A stretch of 64,000 bases of DNA. It comes from a bacterium (lineage in GTDB: Bacteria; Electryoneota; Electryoneia; Electryoneales; Electryoneaceae). The notes below the pieces were generated by a model. The model saw only the letters and a program-made list of their open reading frames with translations, was not told the origin of the DNA and searched no databases. The stretch covers positions 2,816,001 to 2,880,000 of the forward strand of contig CAXXKJ010000002.1 in the NCBI GenBank assembly GCA_963675295.2, written 5' to 3'. Positions 18,759 through 26,637 of the stretch are shown in pieces; within the stretch, counting starts at the first letter, position 1, and each line of letters opens with the position of its first letter. The position numbers and the translations under genes were made by a program.

Positions 18759-21002
18759 ATGCACAGCATCCGCCCGGGTCTCGTTCTGGTTCTGTTCACC
18801 CTGCTTCTGGGTGGAACGTTCCTGCGGACCCACGCCGTCCCCCCCGCCGTCACTGATTCATCCATGGCCTACCTCAAGCGTCTCGCGGACCCGGAACTGT
18901 ACCAGGGCCGGAAATCCGGTTCAGAAGGCGGGAATGCGTCCCAGATGTGGATCGCCGACCAGTTTGACCGCTGGGGCCTGCAACCGTTGATCGGCGACAG
19001 CACTCTCGTCCGCTACCCGATGTTGGCGACCGTAGAAAAAAAGGCGAAGCTGGTGCTGTTGGATACCGAACGGTACGGCGATCTCGAGTTTCTGCTCGGC
19101 GACGATTACACGGTTACGGTCAACAGCGGCAGTGGCAAGGTGACCGCGCCGGTGGTACTCGTCGGGCACGGCATCTCAAAGCCGGACAAGGGCTGGGATG
19201 ATTACGGCGATGCCGATGTCTCCGGCAAGATCGTCGTCATCCTGCGTGGCAAGCCGACCAGTGACGAACAGTGGGATGACGAATACCGCCGTACGTACCT
19301 GCTCAACGAGGCGAAATCCCGTGGCGCGGCTGGTGTGTTGTTCTACATGGGTGAAAACGTGATCGGCGGCGCGGCAATCATGGAAGACGCGTACAGTCCG
19401 GACATCCCCAGTGTGGTTATCGGCGAACGAGTGCTGAACCATTTGTTCTACGGCACCGGTTTCACGCACGAAATCTACAAGCGCGTGCTGAAGAAGGAAC
19501 CCCGGGTACTTGAATTCGGCAAACGCATGCGTATCGAGACGAAGGTCGAACGCATCGAGGATGGTCACGGCTACAACGTCGCCGGAGTCGTCCCAGGTAC
19601 CGACCCAAACCTGGCGCAGGAAGCGGTGTTGCTCGGTGGGCATGGTGACCACGTCGGCCCGAACGCGCTCGGGCATGTCTACACCGGCGCGGATGACAAC
19701 GGATCGGGCGCATGCGTGGTGATGGAGCTGGCGCGTGTGTTCGCACAGAACCCGCAGCCTCGCACGATGATCTTCATGGTGTTCGGCGGCGAAGAACAGG
19801 GCCTGCTCGGCAGCCGGGCGTTGGCGGCCGAATTGCCGGAAACGTATGACTACATCACGATGGTCAACCTCGACATGGCCGGCCGTGGTGAAGGTGTCAC
19901 CGGTCTCGGCGGCGGTCAGGCGATTCCGGACCTGTGGTACGATTTCTACGCATCGTTGTCCGACAGCATGCGCGGCCAGATTCAGCAGCGGCGGTCATGG
20001 GGTGGGTTCAGCTCGGACCACGCCTATTTCCGCGAAGCAGGGATCCCGGCGTTCACCGCCTACAGCAAGGGCTCGCACGACCATTACCACAGCACCGAGG
20101 ACCGTTACGAGACCATTGACACCCGTGCGATTGGCGGCGCTCTGTCCGCCATCAGCCTGTGGCTGGAAACGGTCGCCACTCACCCGGAACCATTGACTAG
20201 TGAATACCAGTCGGAACGGGTTGTCTGGCATTCGGGGTATGGCTTCCGCTGGGCGGAACTGAGCGAGGATCTCGATGCCGATATCGCCGTCGCCCGGGAG
20301 TTCAACCACCAGGGATATGTCGCCACGGTGCTCAGCACCTATCCACCGACCAACGAGATCGAACGAGACCTGTTCGAGGAGACGCTTGATCACTACCGTG
20401 ACCGTCTCGAGCTGGAGGACGACCTTGCGCTGGGCGAATCGCTGGCGAATGTGCGTGGGAACGCCTACAACCTGCGCGGGACGGTATTTCTCGCGGTCGA
20501 AGGCGACGCGTTGACCAGCGCCGACAGCACGCGGATGGAATTCTGGGACGCGCTCGGCCTCCACTGGGTCCGGCTGGAGCAGCTAACGGCATGGCTCGGG
20601 AACGGGGAACTGCGTTTCGACAAACAGGGAATCGTGCGCGCGTGGAAGAAACTGGACACGATTGTCCAGCTGCCACTGGCAAACGCAACGGACTGGCTGC
20701 TGCTGTTGCCAGATCTGGGGCCGGTGCTGTTCACTGGGGATTGGGATGCGTTTGCTGCACTCGACGACGAAACCCGTTCAGCGTTGAAAGACAACGGCGC
20801 GCACCTGCTGGTTCATGTTCCGCACGCCGATCTGCCGGATGCTATCGCCGCGACCGAACAGTTCCACGACCTTCAGGTGCACCTGCAGCCGGTTGGCGAT
20901 GACTACAGCGAAACCTTGAGCTGGATCCGGCTCGCGTTGGATGACGGCCTGGAGAAGGAAGAGCTGAAAAACTGGATCGGCGGGTATTTCGGGATGTGGT
21001 GA
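18759..21002 (+). CDS. secreted M28 family metallopeptidase with PA insert and C-terminal degenerate TIM-barrel domain
   Basis: GGHGDHVG, GADDNGSG, GGEEQGLLGS, NLDMAG, SDHAYF, YHSTED; PA domain VLVGHGI...DDYGDADVSGKIVV. Confidence 0.9.
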   Translation: MHSIRPGLVLVLFTLLLGGTFLRTHAVPPAVTDSSMAYLKRLADPELYQGRKSGSEGGNASQMWIADQFDRWGLQPLIGDSTLVRYPMLATVEKKAKLVLLDTERYGDLEFLLGDDYTVTVNSGSGKVTAPVVLVGHGISKPDKGWDDYGDADVSGKIVVILRGKPTSDEQWDDEYRRTYLLNEAKSRGAAGVLFYMGENVIGGAAIMEDAYSPDIPSVVIGERVLNHLFYGTGFTHEIYKRVLKKEPRVLEFGKRMRIETKVERIEDGHGYNVAGVVPGTDPNLAQEAVLLGGHGDHVGPNALGHVYTGADDNGSGACVVMELARVFAQNPQPRTMIFMVFGGEEQGLLGSRALAAELPETYDYITMVNLDMAGRGEGVTGLGGGQAIPDLWYDFYASLSDSMRGQIQQRRSWGGFSSDHAYFREAGIPAFTAYSKGSHDHYHSTEDRYETIDTRAIGGALSAISLWLETVATHPEPLTSEYQSERVVWHSGYGFRWAELSEDLDADIAVAREFNHQGYVATVLSTYPPTNEIERDLFEETLDHYRDRLELEDDLALGESLANVRGNAYNLRGTVFLAVEGDALTSADSTRMEFWDALGLHWVRLEQLTAWLGNGELRFDKQGIVRAWKKLDTIVQLPLANATDWLLLLPDLGPVLFTGDWDAFAALDDETRSALKDNGAHLLVHVPHADLPDAIAATEQFHDLQVHLQPVGDDYSETLSWIRLALDDGLEKEELKNWIGGYFGMW

Positions 21003-21008
21003 TACGAC

Positions 21009-21036
21009 GGGCTCTGGGCTCTGGGCTCTGGGCTCT
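21009..21036 (+). repeat. (GGGCTCT)4 heptamer tandem repeat
   Basis: Four exact copies starting 6 bp after the M28 stop codon. Confidence 0.95.
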
Positions 21037-21045
21037 GAAAGAAAA

Positions 21046-21069
21046 TGCCACGGACTTGAGTCCGTGGCA
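21046..21069. repeat. REP-like palindrome TGCCACGGAC-TTGA-GTCCGTGGCA
   Basis: Perfect 10-bp stem between convergent genes; resembles IS200/IS605-type subterminal hairpins. Confidence 0.65.
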
Positions 21070-21126
21070 AAACTCTACTAGCTGCGATATAGAATCACAA
21101 GACCGCTGATCGTAGACCGCGCAGCC

Positions 21127-22017
21127 CTATCTACTTTCCCACGCCAGCTGCTCCGCGTACAGTGTGTTCTTCAGTAGCAGCGCGACGGTCATAGGGCCGA
21201 CACCGCCCGGAACGGGGGTAATCAGTGACGCCCGCGGTTCGGCTTCGGCGTAGTTGACATCACCCGTCAACCGGTAGCCGCGTTTCTTCGTCGCATCCTC
21301 GACACGGTTCATCCCGACATCGATCACCACCGCGCCTTCCTTGACCATGTCACCGGTGACAAACTCCGGCTGTCCAATGGCGGCGATCAGGATGTCCGCC
21401 TTGCGGGTCTGATCCGCAATGTCAACAGTCCGGCTGTGGCACAGGGTAACCGTCGCGTTCGCCCCCTTGGCTTTGCGCATCAGCAGCATCGCCATCGGGG
21501 TGCCGACCAGGTGGCTGCGTCCGAGCACCACCGCATGCTTGCCTTGCGGATCGACACCGTAGCGTTCGAGCAGCTCCATCACGCCCAATGGTGTACACGG
21601 CACGAACTTCGGCTGGTTCAACGCGAGAAGCCCCATGTTCATCGGGTGAAAGCCGTCCACGTCCTTCATCGGATCAATCGCGCGTACGACCTCGTCCTCA
21701 TCCAACCCAGCCGGCAACGGTGACTGCACCAGCAGGCCGTTGTAGCGGTCGTCGGCGTTGATCTCACGCACCTTGGCGAGCAGATCTTCCTGCGTGGTGT
21801 CGGCGGGCATACGTTCGATCAGCGACCGCATTCCGGTTTGTTCGCACGCTTTCTCCTTCATGTTGACGTAGACCTTCGACGCGGGATCATCGCCCACCAG
21901 AATCAACGCCAGCCCGGGTTGACGGCCGTCTTTCGCGCGCTTCGCGACTTCGTCCGCGACTTCCTGCCGCAAGGCTGCCGCGACGGCTTTACCGTCAATG
22001 ATTTTATCGCCATTCAT
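21127..22017 (-). CDS. folD: bifunctional methylenetetrahydrofolate dehydrogenase/cyclohydrolase
   Basis: IIDGKAVA, YVNMK, KDVDGFHP, PCTPLG, GRSHLVGTP, ITPVPGGVGPMT. Confidence 0.97.
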   Translation of the reverse strand: MNGDKIIDGKAVAAALRQEVADEVAKRAKDGRQPGLALILVGDDPASKVYVNMKEKACEQTGMRSLIERMPADTTQEDLLAKVREINADDRYNGLLVQSPLPAGLDEDEVVRAIDPMKDVDGFHPMNMGLLALNQPKFVPCTPLGVMELLERYGVDPQGKHAVVLGRSHLVGTPMAMLLMRKAKGANATVTLCHSRTVDIADQTRKADILIAAIGQPEFVTGDMVKEGAVVIDVGMNRVEDATKKRGYRLTGDVNYAEAEPRASLITPVPGGVGPMTVALLLKNTLYAEQLAWESR

Positions 22018-22973
22018 GGATGAACTCCGTGTTGCAGGTTTCGTGCGTAGGAACGAGAATAGAGCTGGAAAACGAGATAGTCAAACACCTTTGCTGGCCA
22101 CGGGAATCTCGGGAACGCGGTGACCAGGCAGTTGATGAATTCAAACACCGGTTCGCTGCACAGATTTCGTAGTAGCCATGGCCGAATAACACCGGCCATT
22201 AGTCCCCGTCCCGGCCGGATGCGCAGTTTGTTCAGCGAGAGTTGGCATTCCAGGTGCGGGTGTCTGTCAAGCAGACGCGGGATCGCGTGGTCGCTGAACG
22301 CCTGGTAGCGTTGTACTTGCTGGGTCCACGTGATGTCGTGTTCGTGAAAGCTCCGCGCGCGGGGTTCGTAATAGAAAAACATGCCCGCGTTTTCGAGCCG
22401 GATCGCGAACTCGAGGTCTTCCCCACCCCATCCCTCGAAGCCTTCGTCAAACTCACTGGCAATGTCGAGGACGTGTCGCGGAAACGCCGAGTTGCCGCTG
22501 GTGAAGTAGCGCCCCGGGATGCGATCGCCGGGGTGATGCTTGTGCGCGCCACGTGTGTGCGAATACTGGAGAAAGGCGCTCGGATTCAACGATGGGTGCG
22601 GATCGTACCGTCCGGCAATGACACCATCCGTATGCAGCACCGCCCGGACCATCATCTCCAGCCACACCGTCACCGGTTCCATGTCACTGTCGATGAAAGC
22701 GATAATCTCACCCTTCGCCAGTTGCAGCGCGAGGTTACGCGCACGGGCACGGCCGACATTGTTCTCCAGGCGATGGGCTTCGATGGCGAAGGGAGTGTCC
22801 GGAGTATCGTACCATTCGGGCGGATCTTCCCAGCTGGCGTCGTCGATCACGATCCAGGTGAATTTCGCGTGCGGGTAGGTTTGCGCGGCGAGGGCGTGCT
22901 TGAGCCGGTTCAGGGTTCGCATCGGCCCGTGGTGGATGGTGAGCACGCTGACTGTCGGCGCATCCCGAAGCAT
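22014..22973 (-). CDS. glycosyltransferase family 2
   Basis: IVIDDAS, GRARARN, FIDSD, FDEGFEGWGGEDLE. Confidence 0.9.
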   Translation of the reverse strand: MLRDAPTVSVLTIHHGPMRTLNRLKHALAAQTYPHAKFTWIVIDDASWEDPPEWYDTPDTPFAIEAHRLENNVGRARARNLALQLAKGEIIAFIDSDMEPVTVWLEMMVRAVLHTDGVIAGRYDPHPSLNPSAFLQYSHTRGAHKHHPGDRIPGRYFTSGNSAFPRHVLDIASEFDEGFEGWGGEDLEFAIRLENAGMFFYYEPRARSFHEHDITWTQQVQRYQAFSDHAIPRLLDRHPHLECQLSLNKLRIRPGRGLMAGVIRPWLLRNLCSEPVFEFINCLVTAFPRFPWPAKVFDYLVFQLYSRSYARNLQHGVHP

Positions 22974-22981
22974 CGCTTCCC

Positions 22982-24010
22982 TTACAGTTCAACCGCCCGC
23001 AGCAGTTCGGCGGCCTGTTCAGGTGGAGTGCTGTTGATGTGGAATCCGGTGCCGAATTCGAACCCGGCGAGGTTGCCAAGGCGTGGCAGGATCATCAGCC
23101 TCCAGTGCCAGTCCAGCTCGAGCGTGCTCCACTGCGCCGGCCGTGGGTCGATGGTATCCGAATTCGGTGCGGTCACGAGGGTGAAGTTGTATGGCGGATC
23201 GTCCAGCGCGGCCTTGATCCGTGTCAGTACGTCCCGCATCAAGTACATGAACTCACGGATGTCCTTATCCGTCATGCGGCGGAAATCGTGCTGATGGAAA
23301 CGTGGCATGATCCACGTTTCAAAGTTAAAGCGGCTGGCGTACGGACAGAACGCGACGAATCGATCCGTGACCTGCACCAGACGGTCACGTTGATCCAGTT
23401 CCTGCGCCAGCATGTCGCACAACAGGCAGCGATTCTTGTCGCTGTAGTGGTCGCGTGCGGCCTGCAATTCCAGCGCGACTTGCATCGGAGTTACAGTCAT
23501 CGCCGCGATCTGCGTGTGCGGGTGCGACAGGCTCGCTCCCGCCGCCTTGCCGTGGTTGCGAAACAGGATGACGTACTTCAGCCGCCGGTCGCGGAACAGG
23601 TCGATGATGCGATCCCGGTATGCAATCCCGAGGTTGTAAATGTGCTCGTCATCAAGCTGCGGCAGGTCGTCATAGCGGCTCGGCGTTTCGATCACCAATT
23701 CGTGCGCGCCGACGCCGTTCATCTTGTCGTAAATGCCATTCCCGCGCCGGTCGAGGTCACCCTCGACGCGGAACGCGGGAAATTTGTTCGGTACCACACG
23801 CAGTTGCCAACCCGGTCCGTTTTTCTTACTGCCCGGAGCACGAACGGCGAAGATCTCGGACGTCGTTTCCGACTCATTGCCTTCGGCGAATGGATCAAAC
23901 CCGTCGATATCCTCGTCCGCGCGGCGGTAATCCGTCGGACGGATGCCCCGTTCCGGCGCGATAATCACCCACCGGCGCTGCAACGGATCGTGTCGCATCT
24001 CTGCGTGCAT
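22982..24010 (-). CDS. galT: GalT-family hexose-1-phosphate nucleotidylyltransferase / NDP-sugar phosphorylase
   Basis: RWVIIAPERGIRP, RVVPNKFPA, GAHELVIETP, NHGKAAGASLSHPHTQ (catalytic HPH), AGFEFGTG. Confidence 0.85.
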   Translation of the reverse strand: MHAEMRHDPLQRRWVIIAPERGIRPTDYRRADEDIDGFDPFAEGNESETTSEIFAVRAPGSKKNGPGWQLRVVPNKFPAFRVEGDLDRRGNGIYDKMNGVGAHELVIETPSRYDDLPQLDDEHIYNLGIAYRDRIIDLFRDRRLKYVILFRNHGKAAGASLSHPHTQIAAMTVTPMQVALELQAARDHYSDKNRCLLCDMLAQELDQRDRLVQVTDRFVAFCPYASRFNFETWIMPRFHQHDFRRMTDKDIREFMYLMRDVLTRIKAALDDPPYNFTLVTAPNSDTIDPRPAQWSTLELDWHWRLMILPRLGNLAGFEFGTGFHINSTPPEQAAELLRAVEL

Positions 24011-24016
24011 AGGGGT

Positions 24017-25735
24017 TTACGCCCACATGTTGAGGTCGATGTCCGGGAACAACGGATCGCGCTTGCAGATCGTGTCGTACTTCTCCCACATCTCGCCGGT
24101 GATTTCCTCGCCGTTCAGGTACTTGTCGATCAAGTTCCGGATGAACTCGAAGTCGTTGGCGTGCAAATTGATCCGCATTTCGGCGTAATCCGCCGCCGCG
24201 ATGGTGCTGATCAGGAACTGCCAGTCGCTGGCTTCAAGCACCAGCAGCTCACGCGCGAGCTGCTCGAGCATTTCCTTCAGCTTGCCGCTGGCGTCCTTGT
24301 GTTCACGGACCAGTCGCGTCATGTGCTTTTCGGCGGCATGGATCAGCGGCCAGGTCCACGCGGTCTTGTCGTTGAGCCAGATGTAGTGATGGCCGCCTTC
24401 GCCCCACGACCCTTCTGGCAGTTTGATCAACGGCGCGTCATGCGAATCGTTGATCAGCTCGAACCCATGCGCGGCGTCAAGCTTGTTCTCGTTCGCGATC
24501 AACGACAGCACCTTCTCGAGAAAGTGCGGACCCTCGAACCACCAGTGGCCGAACAGCTCGGTGTCGAATGGACTGACGACGAAGCGGTCATCGACGGGAA
24601 TATCCGCGCCGGCGATCGTCTCCTGCAGCAAACCATAGAAATGGTCGGCGTTTTCGCCAAGGCGGCCTTCGATCTTACCCGGCACGTACTCTTCCTTGTC
24701 GCCGAGGTCGGCGTCCGAACGGGTGACACGCCAGTACTTGTGTCCGCCCGGGAAGTGCTTTTTGTGGAAATCGAGGTAATTGCCGTCACCCGGATAGCCG
24801 TATTCACCAGACCACACCTGCAGCGAGGTCTTGGAGTCACGGGTCAGAATCCCGACGGGGCCTTCCTTGTCTTCGCCGACGGTGCTGTCGAGGAAGTAGG
24901 CGCGATAAGGCGTGCGATTCTGCGCGGCGGCGAACTCACGGGCTTTCTCGTTGTCCGCCTGCTCCCACAACTGCCTCAAGCCTTCGAAGCGGTCGAGGTA
25001 GGTTCCCACCGCCTGGCCACCCTTGGTCAGGTGCGAGTCGACGATGAAGTAGCGGAGGCCGTGCTTCTGCACCAATTCCTCGACGCCCTTGCGGTCGAAG
25101 CCGGGATCGTCCAGATCAACCGGGCTGCTCCAGTGGTACGCGGGACGGTACGCACATTCCGGCAGCCAGATGCCTTTCGGCTTGCGTCCGAAATGACGCT
25201 CATGCGACTTCACCGCCATCGCAATCTGCGCGTTGACCGCCTCATCCGTGCCGAGCAGCGGCAGGTAGCCGTGCGTCGCGCCGCAGGTAATGATTTCGAT
25301 GGTGCCGGCGTCCAGCAGATCGCGAAACCCGCTGAGGATGTTCGTCTTCAACGGACCGTTGAAGTCCGCCTTGACGTCCGAATACCAGTCGACCCACATC
25401 TTCGCGACGGTGGCCTTATTCTCGTCCCCGGCCGCCTTGAAGGAATTCAAATCCTCCTTCGCGGTAAGGATGCGGGAATCGAGGTAGCCGTTAAACTCGT
25501 CGACAAACGTCGGATCAGCCAGCTGTTCCGCGAGCACCGGGCTGATGCCGATGGTGATCGCCGCTTTCTTACCCTGGTTCTTGAACTCGCTGAACACGCG
25601 CCACAGCGGGATGTACGTTTCCGCGGCGGCTTCGTTGAGCCACACCGATCCGTGCGGCCAGGTGCCATGCGTCAGCACATACGGCAGGTGCGAGTGCAGG
25701 ACAAAGGTGAATCTACCAAGTGTTGTATCAGCCAT
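24017..25735 (-). CDS. GH57 1,4-alpha-glucan branching enzyme (DUF1957 C-terminus)
   Basis: HSHLPY, ETYIPL, WLPECAY (nucleophile), PFDTELFGHWW (acid/base), ASDWQF. Confidence 0.93.
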   Translation of the reverse strand: MADTTLGRFTFVLHSHLPYVLTHGTWPHGSVWLNEAAAETYIPLWRVFSEFKNQGKKAAITIGISPVLAEQLADPTFVDEFNGYLDSRILTAKEDLNSFKAAGDENKATVAKMWVDWYSDVKADFNGPLKTNILSGFRDLLDAGTIEIITCGATHGYLPLLGTDEAVNAQIAMAVKSHERHFGRKPKGIWLPECAYRPAYHWSSPVDLDDPGFDRKGVEELVQKHGLRYFIVDSHLTKGGQAVGTYLDRFEGLRQLWEQADNEKAREFAAAQNRTPYRAYFLDSTVGEDKEGPVGILTRDSKTSLQVWSGEYGYPGDGNYLDFHKKHFPGGHKYWRVTRSDADLGDKEEYVPGKIEGRLGENADHFYGLLQETIAGADIPVDDRFVVSPFDTELFGHWWFEGPHFLEKVLSLIANENKLDAAHGFELINDSHDAPLIKLPEGSWGEGGHHYIWLNDKTAWTWPLIHAAEKHMTRLVREHKDASGKLKEMLEQLARELLVLEASDWQFLISTIAAADYAEMRINLHANDFEFIRNLIDKYLNGEEITGEMWEKYDTICKRDPLFPDIDLNMWA

Positions 25736-25776
25736 GATCGTATCCAAAACCTTCTTTTTCGTGTGAGAACTGCTGG

Positions 25777-26637
25777 TTAACACATGCGTAGCGAAATGTC
25801 GAGCGGTTTCGCCGAATGCGTTAACGCCCCCAGGGAAATGCGGTGTACACCGGTCGCTGCCACCTCGGCGAGGTTGGCCAGCGTGATGCCGCCGGACGCC
25901 TCGAGTACGCAGAGATCGCCGGTTCGTTCCACCGCCTGTATCAGTTGTTCCGGCGGGAAGTTATCAAGGAGAATGCGGTCAGGCTTCTCTTCTAACGCCA
26001 GTTCAAGCTGTTCGAGAGTCTCGACTTCGACCTCGATCGGTATGTTGCTGCCGTGCTGCTTGACCCAATCGTGGGACGTACGCACCGCTTCCGCGACTCC
26101 CCCGGCGGCTTCGATATGGTTTTCCTTGATCAGGATTTCATCGTACAGGCCGATGCGGTGATTGCCCGCGCCGCCACACTTGACGGCATACTTCTCCGCC
26201 ATGCGCCAACCCGGCGTTGTCTTGCGTGTATCGATCACCACCGCGCGGGTTCCAGCGACCAATCGCATCGCGTCACGGGCCATCGTCGCAACGCCGCTCA
26301 GGCGTCCGAGGCCGTTCAACGCTGTCCGCTCGCTGATCAGGATGCCGTGCACCGGACCGGTCACCGTCGCCAGCACCTGGCCGGGGGTGACATGGTCGCC
26401 GTCATCGACGTGGAACGTCCACACCGCCGCTGGATCGGTCATCCGGCCGGTGTACACCGCCCAGTCGATCCCGGCGATGATGCCGTCCTGTTTCGCGACC
26501 AGTTGCGCTTCGCCGATCTGGTCAGCGGGAATCGTTGCGAGGCTGGTGATGTCACCACGCTCGCCGAGGTCTTCGTCCAGCGCTTCCCGGACATGCCGAG
26601 TCAGCCATTCTTCGCCGGTCGCGTCACGCAGACTCAT
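25777..26637 (-). CDS. nadC: nicotinate-nucleotide pyrophosphorylase (carboxylating)
   Basis: DTRKTTPG, HRIGLYD, IKENHI, EVEVE, LLDNF, EASGGI. Confidence 0.97.
   Translation of the reverse strand: MSLRDATGEEWLTRHVREALDEDLGERGDITSLATIPADQIGEAQLVAKQDGIIAGIDWAVYTGRMTDPAAVWTFHVDDGDHVTPGQVLATVTGPVHGILISERTALNGLGRLSGVATMARDAMRLVAGTRAVVIDTRKTTPGWRMAEKYAVKCGGAGNHRIGLYDEILIKENHIEAAGGVAEAVRTSHDWVKQHGSNIPIEVEVETLEQLELALEEKPDRILLDNFPPEQLIQAVERTGDLCVLEASGGITLANLAEVAATGVHRISLGALTHSAKPLDISLRMC

Noticed and set aside
23039-25780. 913-aa plus-strand ORF and other long antisense ORFs (12832-14301, 29154-30908, 43736-44914, 48310-49659, 49884-51161)
   Set aside because: They are shadows of well-supported opposite-strand genes in GC-rich DNA with strong codon bias and show no recognisable motifs.
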